The notes under the pieces are model-generated. The model was not told where the DNA came from, did no database searches, and saw only the letters and a list, made by a program, of their open reading frames with translations. Shown piece after piece: positions 50,139 through 62,772 of a DNA stretch of 64,000 bases. Origin of the DNA: Azolla caroliniana (lineage: Eukaryota; Plantae; Polypodiophyta); assembly GCA_043228905.1 (NCBI GenBank), contig JBHGNT010000006.1, forward strand, positions 6,200,001 through 6,264,000, given 5' to 3'. Each line of letters opens with the position of its first letter. The first letter of the stretch is position 1. A program made the position numbers and the translations under genes.

Positions 50139-51696
50139 ATGGATCCCCTGAGCGTGCTCCGGGACTACGCCATGCGTTCCGACTTGGACAGTATCAAGCG
50201 CGTGGGTGAGGAATACCACTTCGGAGATGAGTACAGATTCCCCTGCAGCGTCGAGACGGCCTACAGATCGAAACAGGGAAGCCTTTATACCTTAGATTCT
50301 CTGGTCTTCTTTGTTAAAAACACACAGGTGAAGCACACCGAGTATATGCAGCAATCTCGTGCTTTGAAGCTTCAGACTGTCACCTTCATAGATCGCAAAG
50401 CTTTACTTGACTATCTGGAAGGGAGGATACAAAGCACAGATGCTATTGAGCTTCTTGCCCCTTCCTCTGCTGCAGTCTCTTCTGCTCCTTTGCACATGGA
50501 ACAAGGGTTTCCTGCTACAGAAGAAGATGTAGAAGAGTATAGACCTGATGATCCAAGCTTTGCTCCTTCGAAGAGGAGCAGATTAGATGATTCTGTAGCA
50601 GGCGAGTTCAGTTCGGCTTCTGAGTTTGAACCGAAGGATTTAGATGCAACACAGATTATTGCTTATATAAAAGAGAGAGAGAGACCTATTCGAGACAGAA
50701 ATACTATTCTTCTATGCCATAACAAGGATTTTCAAGAGATCTTCACCATGCTTACTAAGAGAGATGAAGAGAAGAAGAAAGCAGAAGAGAATCGAGATAA
50801 GCAACAAGCAACAGCGGATAATGAGTTAAATATTGATCCTTACTCTCATAAGCAGCAACAACAGCAACATTTGAGGAAAGATGGAAAATCCAAACCAGAT
50901 GGTATCAGGTCATTGCAAAGCCAACAGCATTCTTCGCAAAATCACCATCATTCGGCTCCTCTTCGGAGTTTGCTTCCAACATCAACTTCATCTCTAAAGG
51001 GAGGAAAGGGAGAGATTGAACCTCCTATCATATTGGTTCCAAGTGCGTTCCAAACCATGCTTAATATGTATAATGCAAAGGAGTTTTTGGAGGATGGTAT
51101 GTATATATCGGCTGATGTAAAGGCTAAAGAGCTCATGAAGAAACCTGAAGTGGTGAGATTTTTGAGGAAAATGGGACGTGAAACTCCCATCAAGTATGAA
51201 GTTAGAGATAAATCGTCTGCTTTGTCTCCCAAAGATTGGGATCGTGTTGTCGCTGTCTTTGTGCTCGGTAAAGAATGGCAATTCAAGGATTGGCCATTCA
51301 AAGATCATGTGGAGATCCTGAGTAAAAGTAAGGTTCTCTTTTTTTCTCTCTTTTTTTCAAGTTCAATCCTATACAAAATACCTACAAATTTGATTTATTT
51401 TGGATGGAAATGTCTAGTTATGGGCATATTCCTCCGATTTGAGGATGATAGTATTGAATCAGCCAAAAATGTCAAGCAATGGAATGTGAAAATCATCTCT
51501 GTAAGTAAATTATTAATGTCATTGGCTTGTAGATCTTATTTCCTCTTGAAGCTTATAGCTTGGATATTTCTTCCTTCTTGTTGGGTCTTTGCAGTTAAGC
51601 AAACATAAAAGACATCAGGATCGAACTGCTGCTTTGCAATTCTGGGATTCATTGGAGGCGTTTATCCGTGCACGAAGGTTGAGCATTGTCTTTTAA
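50139..51696 (+). CDS. CDC73: CDC73/parafibromin (PAF1 complex subunit, PHP). Exons 50139-51327, 51418-51500, 51595-51696
   Basis: MDPLSVLRDY N-terminus; C-domain PIILVP, YNAKEFLEDG, DWDRVVAVFVLGKEWQFKDW, KQWNVKIIS/LSKHKRHQDR; two GT-AG introns keep frame. Confidence 0.95.
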
Positions 51697-53169
51697 TGCA
51701 TTGCAATGTAAACCTATTTCATTCATGAGAACTACTGTTACATCAGAATTGCAGCGAAACCCACTGTTTATGAACAAACCTTTGACAGAATGATAGTATT
51801 TGCAATGAGTAGTATTGAGTGATGTTTACTCTAATATTTCATATTGCCAAGTTTGATTTGATTTACTTGCATTAAATTCAAGATGTTGGATGGTTAAGAG
51901 GCTGCATTGGAGCTTTGATAACAGCTATAACAATACCCTTGTTCACATCACCTTCTGGTCATGCCTCTTTCCTATAGTCAATGTTCTTGTACATTCATAA
52001 AAAAGCGTATGGAATTGTGCAAAGATAGAAGTCCAATTCATATACAATTTGTATAGTTGTTTTATACATACATATTGTCCATCCTAAGATATAGCTTGCA
52101 TTTACAACATTTAAGGTCATCTTGCAGATATATGCAAGACTTGGTAATGACAATGAGGACGCAAGTGAGTATATTGATCTAGGTTCCAGCTTATCATATG
52201 ATAAATTACATGTATAATGCATCTTCTTGCCCATTGAATAGTAATGTATCATGGAGAAGAAATTGTTGGCATTACATATGAAGGAAAGAACATTGTTTGC
52301 ACAATGATAAGGAGTTGTGTTAAAGAAGACTCGGTGGGAAATGATAAAATGCAAGTCAGAACAAGCAACTAACAGCATGCTATTGATGTTGACAAGGAAA
52401 ATATAGTGCCACAGAAGTATGCATCTATAAAAAGAGCTGGAACAAGATTGTACACGTTATTCACAGCAAAACAAACCATCAATTTTGAAGCTTAATTTAC
52501 AACTCTTTGCAAACCGATATTTTCAGATGGTAATAGAAAACTTGCATATCCAAATTTTCCTATTTTCAAATGATAAATAGGGGTTGCATATCCACTAAAA
52601 TTTTCAAACTTGCCAAAGAACATACGTGAAGATCCAGGAAACCAGGATGGGGCAAAGCTAAATGCAAATAACAAAAACAGCATGATGACATTTCTTTCAA
52701 CTAACCGTAAAACCCCATTATTGTGACCAGTCTAATCAATGATAATGAGTTACACATGGCCACATTGTCTGACTTGGAATTTTTATGAGTTCCAATAGAG
52801 AAAATACTATGCAAAACAACCCAAAGCTCTAAAAGAATTCCCATAAGTGAACTCAAATTTTGATATCCCTAGCCTCAATCATGAAATTGCAACCTACACA
52901 ATAAAATGCATTTGTGGAGAGATTTAAACACTAATTTTCCATGAGATTACAAAAATGACCGAAAATTAAAAGTATATTATCCATGAAAATATTCGTAGAT
53001 CTTTATCAAGTTAAAAGATAACAACTTACAATGTCACGTCATCAATGTCTAGTGGTGGATTCTCTAACAAAATTTGCAAAATAAGGTCCACAAACAAGGA
53101 TATCCTTTGCTTTTTTTTGGAAAATAAGGATTCATAAAGTTGTGGGGAAATGTAAGGTCCGCAAGCAAA

Positions 53170-56100
53170 TTATAGCACTTCCCGTGCTTTGGCAACCACA
53201 TTGTCCACATTGATGCCAAACTCTTTATAAAGAACATTGGCAGGCGCACTTGCACCGAAGTGATCCACACCAATTGACTTGCCTTTGACTCCAACAATCT
53301 TCTCCCACCCAAATGTCGAGCCTGCTTCCACACTTACTCTAGTAGTAACACTAGCTGGTAAAACGCTTTCCTTGTATTCATCACTCTGGTCATCAAAAAG
53401 TTCCCACGACACAAATGAAACAACACGAACATTCTTTCCTTCCTTCCGTAGGACCTCAGCAGCCTTATAAGCTATCTCCAACTCAGATCCCGTGCCGATC
53501 AAGATTAATTCAGGTTTGTTCCCATTTGAATCATCACTAATAATGTACCCTCCCTTTGATACCCCTTCGATAGACGTTCCTGGCAAATTCGGCAACTTTT
53601 GCCGAGAGAAAGCAAGAACAGAAGGTCTTTTCCTGTTTTCAACAGCAACCTTGTAAGAACCTGCAGTCTCGTTTCCATCAGCTGGTCGCAACATTAAGAT
53701 GTTAGGCATAGCCCTAAAGCTTGCCAAGTGTTCAATGGGCTGATGAGTTGGCCCATCTTCTCCTAGACCGATGGAGTCATGAGTCATCACGTAAATCACC
53801 CCAGCCTCAGATAGTGCAGAAATTCACATTGCAGCTCGCATGTACTCGGTGAATACAAAGAAGGTAGAACAATATGGTATCAGGCCACTTGCATGAAGAG
53901 CAATGCCATTGCAAATAGCACCCATACCATGTTCACGAACACCGAACCTTGCATTACGCTCAGATGGAGTATCCTTCTGGAAGTCTCCAAACATTTTGAG
54001 TAAAGTCATGTTTGATGATGCAAGATCAGCGCTACCTCCAAGTAGACCAGGAAGCACCTTTGCAAGTGCATTAAGACATATTTGCGAGAGGTTTCTTGTT
54101 GCATCTCCAGGTGCATCTGGCGTATAAACCTGAAGCACAGTTAACTATTTGCCTAATACTTCTATATACAAAAGATACTACCATGAGAACAAACCATATA
54201 ATCTCGACCTTAGAAAAGACTTACTGGAAGAGCTTTTTCCCAGCCTTGAGGTAATTCTCCACTGATCAAATTCTTGAATTCAGCAGCTTCTTGTGGGTAT
54301 TTATTTTCATATACAGCCAGATCAGCCAACCATCTAGCTTCCAAATCTGCACCTCCTTTGGTATGTCGATTCCAATGACTAATTTGTTTCATTCATCAAA
54401 ATTCCATCAGAAAGAATCTTCATTTATGATTTAAAAAAGAAAGAAAGCTCAATCAATGCCTTCCACACAAACCTTTTCACATCTTCTGGAACAAAGAAGG
54501 GCTCATTGTGCCAGCCCAAATTCTGTCTAGTAGCTTGAACCTCTTTGGCACCAAGTGCACTACCATGAACATTGTAAGAATTGGCTTTATTTGGTGAGCC
54601 ATAACCAATAGTAGTAGTAATCTGCATTGCAATTCGGCAATATTGCAAATATGAGCCTTCAGTTGAAGCATTCAAAACACGGCCTTGATAAAGCTTTCTA
54701 GAAGGCATTATATCAAGCCCGAAATATACCCAGATTTACTTTAGTTATCAAGAAAAAAGGATGACCTTGATATATGTAGGTTTATCGGTTACTGCCTTAG
54801 CTTCCTCGATTGCTTGCTGAATGGCTTCATAATCTGTATTACCATTTCTTACCCAAATCGTGTGCCAGCCAAGAGCTTCGAACCGAGCATCAACATTCTC
54901 AGTAAATGCAATATCTGTGTTACCATCAATAGAGATATGGTTGTCGTCATAAAACAAGATGAGTTTTCCGAGACCCCAGTGGGCTGCAAGGGAGCAGGCT
55001 TCATTGGAAATTCCTTCCATGTTTCAGCCATCTCCCACAATACAGTACCTATATGAGTTTAATACCATATATATTAACACCCCATGGAATAATCATAAGA
55101 TGGAACTGTTCAATGTCTCCAATGGTCCAGACCTCACTTTTATGCAAACAAGCCCATGTCAAGACCTCATCCTTGAGCAACGTCAGTTTTTTAAGAAGTC
55201 CAGGCATGACTTTGGCAAAGAACCATACAGCATGAACTTGAAAAACAAATTAAAACACGTAAGACAAAAGGTATTCAATAAACACGTACGTATAATGATC
55301 CACTATCGTGGCATCTGGCTTATTGAAGCGAGAAGCCAAATGCTTCTCGGCAAAGGCAAGCCCAACTGCATTACATACACCCTGACCAAGGGGTCCTACG
55401 AATGTGAGAAATCAACAATGATAAGGAGATGATTTATTTAAGTAGGAAATGCACCACAATAAATCATTAAATTGAAACATGCATATAAAGAAGAGACAAA
55501 TTACCTGTGGTGACCTCTATACCCGGGGTCTCAAAGTTCTCAGGATGACCTGGTGTCCTGCTATTCAACTGCCTGAATTGCTTCAGATCCTCTTCCTGTA
55601 CATGTAATGCCACCCATACAGATTTAACACAAGCCCTAAGATAGAGAGAGAGAGAGAGAGAGAAGTCAAAACGCAATCCCAAATGATAAGAGACAAAAAA
55701 AGAAACAAAATGGACAATCCCCACATATGGATCACGTGTGAACGGTCGACCTCCTGTCTTGTTTTCATTGCATCAATCTCTAGGGTTAAACCAGAAACCA
55801 TAAAACCATGTACATGATATAGCTGATTTCATAGCTAGGAGACTCTACCGAGACATTAATCCATGTGCATGTTGTTTATATTTCATTACACATCATACCT
55901 GGGGTCTTGTCCATAAAACAACAAACTTAAAATTAATGGGAGGCTAAAAAGTAGGTCGGAGAGATCACTAATCTTTTAAGCATAGTACCTACCTTGACGC
56001 TGTCATAGCCTGCAAGGTGGAGGAGAGCATAATGCAGCATGCAGCCATGACCAGCCGAGAGGACAAATCGGTCACGGTTGAACCAAAACGGATTTTTTGG

Positions 56101-56565
56101 ATTGTACTTCATGACCTCGTCATATAGGATGTGTACTATGGGCGCGCACCCCATGGGCAAACCAGGGTGTCCAGAGTTTGCCTTCTCCACGGCATCGATG
56201 GCAAGAAACCGTATGGTGTTGATGGATTTCTCGATTACGTTAATGGTATCAGAACTACTATCACTTTTGTTCGGATTGACCGTGTCCACAGGTGTGAACG
56301 CAGATGCAGCTACGGGTCTGAATCTGCATCGACTGTGGGTGCGGATTAGGGTTAGGGTTATGGTGTTGCTGCAGAGAAAGCTGTTCAATGAGGAGGGCGA
56401 AAGCTTGAATCTGTGGAAAGTAGGGGCAGTTCTAGAGAGGCTAGAAGTATTGTTAATATTAACATCAAGCCGATGGAACGAAGAAGAGGAAGAGGGAGCA
56501 GAGATGGTGGTTTGAGAAGGGATAGAAGAAACAGAGGAGGACATGGCAATAGTGGGGTTAGCCAT
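53170..56565 (-). pseudogene. TKL: Chloroplast transketolase gene with two premature stops; 7 exons (approx. 56565-55993, 55596-55504, 55395-55289, 55048-54766, 54621-54473, 54379-54224, 54130-53170)
   Basis: Ser-rich transit peptide; [71 protein letters not shown]; TGA at 55026-55024 (GDG*NMEG) and 53826-53824 (RAAM*ISAL). Confidence 0.9.
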
Positions 56566-56760
56566 AGCTGGTGATGGTATAAGAGAGAGTGTAGGAGGAT
56601 CAGAAACTGGCCGGTCAATATAAGAAAGGAGGAGGATGGTGGAATTTCAGCGATGGAAAGGCGACAGAAAGAGAGAGAGAGAGAGGCAGGGCTGGGCAAT
56701 ATAGCAGCCAGCCCATGCATATACGTATTTTCTTCACGGTTTATATACATATACGTATAA

Positions 56761-56796
<36 letters not shown>

Positions 56797-57578
56797 TCCC
56801 TCCCATGCAAGCTCAACTCGACTCAAAAACCCAATTTCTAGCTCAACTTGGGCTCCATTCAAGTCCTCCCCTTGCCTTCTTTGTCTAATTGCCATTGCAG
56901 GTAATAAGTTTGTGGCCGAAGTGTAGCTCAAGAGCAGTTGGATTTCGGCTCAAGTGACATAGGTTTGCTTACCTAAACTTTCATTTTCCTATCGGCCTAG
57001 AGCCAAGTGGATTGGCTCAAGGCCCCTATAGCCAAGTCGAGGTGATGCCTACTTGAGCAAAGCAATTGCTTGACCCATGGTTTTCCAACTCAACCTTGCT
57101 CCCTTCCTATGCCATTCCCCTTGTCATCACCCTTGCCTTTTGTCTTAGTCGCCATTTCCCAAGCTTCTCATGCCGATAAGCCATGAGACAACTTGGTTTT
57201 GACTAAAGTGGCTTAGACTTGGTTGGTTGAGCCCAAACTTTGACAATTTTCATTGACTTAAAGCCAATACAATTGACTTGAGCCCACCACAGCTAAGCCA
57301 AGTCATTGTCTTTTCCTCTTACATGAGTGGAACAATGACCTCGACAATAAATAACACAAACATTCATTACTCTTCACAACCTTGTCATTGATATTGTATT
57401 CCCATCTTAATAGCAAGCTAAATAATAAGCTAAACATATGTGTGGCAGAATTCTGAATCCCTACAATACACTGATTTCTTAGCAATAACAACGCAACCAT
57501 GAGGGCTACTCCCCATTTCCATCATTGGACTATGCATTCCTCTCAAGTGACCATAGTACTGCCCTCCAATAAACTATA

Positions 57579-57699
57579 GGGAAAAGTACCATGATACCCC
57601 TGGAAGTTCGTCTATTTACCAGATTGCCCCTAGAAGTTCCAAATTTAGGGGCATTCTGGTAAATAGACGGATTTCCAGGGGTATCATGGTACTTTTCCC
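57579..57699. mobile_element. 121-bp foldback MITE, Mutator-like
   Basis: ~55-bp arms GGGAAAAGTACCATGATACCCCTGGAA... / ...TTCCAGGGGTATCATGGTACTTTTCCC; 9-bp TSD TAAACTATA at 57570-57578 and 57700-57708. Confidence 0.92.
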
Positions 57700-58174
57700 T
57701 AAACTATATCAGAAGACAATATAGTGGGTGATTAGTTTTTACAACTTACTTGAAGCGCGCAAACATGGGACAAGGGTTATATATATATTTTACGAGGCAA
57801 TATTTCCTTGGGAGTTCGATCTCACAAGGTCCTGCTTTACAAAATGGGGGAGTAAGTCCTCTCCAGATGTGCCCACATTGATCCACGCCTCCGAGTTAGA
57901 CAGACGGCAAGAGAAGATGTCCATTGTCCACCAATGCACATGTGTTTTCTAGACTCCTCCCTCCCTTACAACCAAGAGCTTGTGCCACATAAATGACAAA
58001 CTCCATGTGAATCCAGTCCCTTCTTCAATTAAGAGAAGAGTATACATACATACATACATACATACATCCTTGGCCAATGGCTACTACATAAAATCTCTCT
58101 CTCTCTCTCTCTCTGGGTTAGGTCTTTCTCAACATTTCGCTAAACCCTGCCTGCTTGCTTGACTCCTGCCTGCC

Positions 58175-61100
58175 ATGGCTCGTCGCCGTCGAGCTCCCTC
58201 GGACTCAGATGAAGGCAAGCCGAGTTTTTTCTTCTCATCATGCTAGTTTTGTCTTCTTTCCCTGAATGCGTTTGTTTTCTAGTAGCAGAAGATGAAAGAG
58301 ACGACTACGTGGAAGACCCTGCTGAAGACGATACAGCGGAGGAGCAAGAAGATGGAGACGGAGACGGAGACGAAGACGAAGAAGATGAAGATGAAGATGA
58401 AGATGAAGATGAAGAAGATGAAGATGAAGAGGATGAAGAAGGAACAAAAAAGATGAAGCTTATGGATTCTGAAGAGGAAAGCGACCAGGATGACGACGAC
58501 GACGACGAAGGTAAAGTCTTATCAAAATTAGTTTCTGCACCTTGAAAAATTTCTCTCTTTGAGCTTAGTTAGCGTGGTTCTGAGATGTTTTCTTATGTAG
58601 ATTTCTGATTCTGTCCTGTTATTATCAGAGAGTGACGACGAATTGGATGTGGAAAGGAAATCTAGACTGCTCGATCTTGAAAAGGCTGAGCAAGAAAAAG
58701 ATGCTGAAGCTGAGCTGCAGCTAAATATACAAGGAAGGCAAGATGACTTTCAGCTCCCTACTCCAGAGGTTGGTTCAGAAACATTTCGTTTCCATAGTTC
58801 TATCGAGGTCTCTATGAAAATAGCTATACTTGAACATTTAACATGCCACATTATCCATGGTTGGATATCCGTGAATGAGCAGTAAATTGGCTCTCCTATA
58901 TCGACAGATTCAACACTTTTTTTGTATCTTCAAATGAGCAGAATTTAGCCCTCTCTTTCTTGCTATATCAGTATGCGTTATCAACATCAACACGCGTTCT
59001 CAACACTTATTTATATTATATCTTGTTTAACAATGCTGCAGGAATTAGAAGAGGAGTCCCAAAGGCCTCCAAACCTTCCTGCTGTTCTGCAGAGAATCAA
59101 AGATAGTGTGTCTTTATTACCGAAGTTTTGTTATTTAGCACCAAATAGCCCAGAATCATGCTACTAACTTCCATTTATTACTGTATGATTTCAGTTGTTA
59201 GAATTCTGTCTAGTTTCAAAGACCTACATAAAGAGGGAGTTGCAAGAAGTAATTATGTGAAGCAGCTTACTGCTGATCTGTGCTCATATTTTGGTTACAA
59301 TGAGTTCTACATTGACATGGTGTTGCAGGTATACTCTGATAATTATGTATCATTTTATCACATGAGCTTTTGCATTATTCTCATAGTAAGGTGGTTCTGG
59401 CAGATGTTTCCTCCTGCAGAGGCATTGGAGCTTTTGGAAGCAAACGAAACTCCTCGCCCAATTTGCTTGCGATCAAACACCTTGAAGGTGTAGTATTTTA
59501 TTGAGGATACACTGATAACTTACAGTGATTAATCATTAGTAAAAGGTTCGTGGAGATTGCTAAATAAGTGCCCACTCTCCAAAAAGGGTTTCAAGTGAAC
59601 TCAATTATCTTTCATTAGCTCTCCCGTAGGTATTGTAACAAAGTAAGATTTGTATCTGAGTAGTAATCAGATGTCCAACATTTACATGCATCCTTTTTTT
59701 ATATGTGCATGCTTTTATTTCATTGCTGGCAGTTGATATACAGTTTGGACTTTGGAATTACTTCCGGGGAAGATTTACATGCTTCAACAATTACATATCT
59801 CATATTTTTATTTGGCTTTTATTTTACTACTAGCAATCAATCCTTAAACTATGATTGTTTTTTTTTTCGTTCACTTTAGTTAGCCTTCCTCCAGGGAAGA
59901 TTTACATGCTTCAACAATTACGTATCTCATATTTTTATTTGTGCATGATTTTATTTGACTGCCAGCAATCAATTATTAACCCATGATTGTTTTTTTGTTC
60001 ACTTTAGTTAGCCTTCCTCCAGGGAAGATTTATATGCTTCAACAATTACATCTCATATTTTTATTTGTGCATGTTTTTATTTGACTACCAGCATTCAATC
60101 CTTAACCTATGCTTGTTTTTTTTGTTCACTTTAGTTAGCCTTCCTTGTGGTTGAATTTCTCCATTGCATATTAAAGATGTGATAGAAATGTTGTTTAATT
60201 AATTCTTTTATGTACATATGCCTATTCTTAGGTCTTATAATGTGAGTATGTATGAAATAAACTTGCTGACCTTTACTGCATTTGAAGCCCTCAAAAGGCT
60301 ATGGTTGCACTTTAGTTTTACACTGCAGCTATGAGTACTTATTAAAACAGGGGGAGGTGGATTGGTGCAACAGTGTAGCCTTTTATGCCCACATCTTATC
60401 CTGTGTAGATAAAAATCCATCTCGTTACGGTCTGCTCGTCTTTCCCAATTGTTTTCTATTATTTTCTCACTGTATCATATACACATACATTCATACTAAG
60501 GCCCGGATTAAAGAAGCAAACAAAACTTCCAAAGAAGAGAAATAAGAAAGTGAAAGGGAAATAAGAAAAAAACAAGCCCAACTAATGATATATATATATG
60601 GTATATAAGTCATGATATATATGATGATGTCTATACTTTGATGCCGTGTTAAAAACTTTTATTCTCAAGTCATGTTTCCAGAAGCATCAAAGTCTGCTTG
60701 TTGTAATGCATAATCACAATGAAGCTATTTGGTTCTACAGACAAGGCGTCGGGATCTCGCAGCAGTTCTGATAAACAGAGGAGTGAACTTAGATCCACTT
60801 GGCAAATGGACTAAGGTCAGTATACTGCAACCAAAGATTCATAGGCTATTTTTTAAACATTCTTTGCAATGCTATATACTTGCGCTCTTCAATAGGTTGG
60901 ACTGGTAGTATATGAGTCTCAAGTTCCGATTGGTGCGACTCCAGAGTATATGGCGGGTCATTATATGGTACTAACAATTATCATTATATACTCTCTATTA
61001 AAGCTACCATAAATATTTATATTTTTCCATCGTTGATTTTATCTGTTTATTAGCTTCAAGGTGCAAGCTCCTTCTTGCCAGTTATGGCCTTGGCTCCACA

Positions 61101-62638
61101 AGAGAAAGAAACAATAGTTGACATGGCGTATGATTTCCTTGATCTTGAAATTATAACATCATTTGAACTCATCAGAAGATGATTTAAGTTTCTCAGGCTT
61201 ATCTATTTGCTTATGCTGCAGTGCAGCACCTGGAGGGAAAACTACATATTTGGCTGCCCTTATGAAGAATACAGGTTAGGTTTAGTTTTTTATTTTCTCA
61301 ACAATTCTGCAATGAAATAGAATTGTTTATTTGGGTAATTGAGATCAGCACTGGGCTAAGTTAAAAAAGCAATGTACTTGTTTTATATTCCATGTTTCAA
61401 ATGATTTAGTAAAATGGCAAATATGAGTGATTGGGTAGGAATTGACATCTCCTATATAGAAACGATGGATTGACATGTTCTGCCTTTTGGTTTTATGTGT
61501 TTCTTGCTTCTTTGTGCTTCTCCTGTTGGGGGATTGTTCATTCATCTCTCTCTCCCTCACTCATGCTGTGTCAAAGGATGGTAATGTGGTAAAAAAGAAT
61601 CAACTGAACCGAAATGGGTAATGTTTGAGTGCTGGCTGTCAATTACCAAATGTTATGGCTGTAATTTCATAAATGATTGACAGTATGAGATTGATGCACT
61701 TTTTGGAGAGGAATGCAATCTAATGGATTGTACGTGCTACTGAGTATTCAGCGTGCATTTAGGTGGGAATCAAATAGCTCCATCTGTGCTAAGTATGAAC
61801 TAGAACGGGATATTTGTGTCATTTTAAAAAGGCTTTGCTAGTTGTGGAAGGTGAATTTTCTGCCTTCTAGGAAGAGAAAATGCCATTCTCTTCATTTTTC
61901 GTAAGTAACAGAGGAAGTATCATAGTCTGCTTTTTCTTTGTCATTTTATTTAGTGAATTATGTTTGAAATTCCGCCCATTTATGTGTGTGCTAGTGCATG
62001 TGAAAAATCTTGAGAAGTTTTAAGTTTTAAGTCCGGTCCATCAGGGGTGATATAGATACACTCGCATTTACTACGGTAAATTTTGCTTCATTTATGATTC
62101 ACTTTCTATGCCTTTCTGATACTCCACATGTTCCCATTTATGTGAATGTGCTAATTGCATGTGACAATATTGAGAAGTTCATGGTTTTGGTTCTTTCTGC
62201 AAGGGGTTATATTTGCAAATGAGTTCAAGGAAAAGAGGTTGAAGTCTTTATCTGCAAATCTTCATCGAATGGGTGTAACCAATACCATAGTTTGTAACTA
62301 CGATGGACGGGAGGTTAGTTAACGCAAAAAATACTGTGCTCTTTTTAGCTATTGTTATGTGAAGGAAAAACAGTATCAAAAACAGTATCTATTCTTCTTC
62401 TTCAGCTGCCAAAAGTTGTTGGGATAAACAGGGTGGATAGAATCTTGCTGGATGCACCTTGTAGTGGTACTGGGGTGAGTATTTGACGTGTTTTCTGAAT
62501 TTGATTATTTGAATAATATAGTTGTTTTTCAAATTGTTTCAAAATTTGCATTTTGTTTTCCAGGTTGTAGCAAAGGACCAGTCTGTGAAGGTGTCAAAGG
62601 GTGCATTGGACATTGAGAAGTGTGCAGCTCTTCAAAAG
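58175..62638 (+). CDS. NOP2: NOP2/NSUN1-type 25S rRNA cytosine-C5 methyltransferase, 5' part (13 exons seen; continues beyond the window)
   Basis: Acidic N-terminus, then exons encoding [101 protein letters not shown]. Confidence 0.95.
59765..60145. repeat. ~125-bp tandem repeat, ~3 copies, in a NOP2 intron
   Basis: GGGAAGATTTA.ATGCTTCAACAATTAC...TTCACTTTAGTTAGCCTTCC at ~59768, 59893, 60022. Confidence 0.9.
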
Positions 62639-62772
62639 GTATAATATGTTTATTGTTGATGTACTGCTATCACTGATGTACACAGAAACATAAATTTCTG
62701 AGTGTTTTTATTTGATACTGTGTTTATGAAGAAACCTATATAAAGATCTACGTATCTTGATCTTATTTACTT

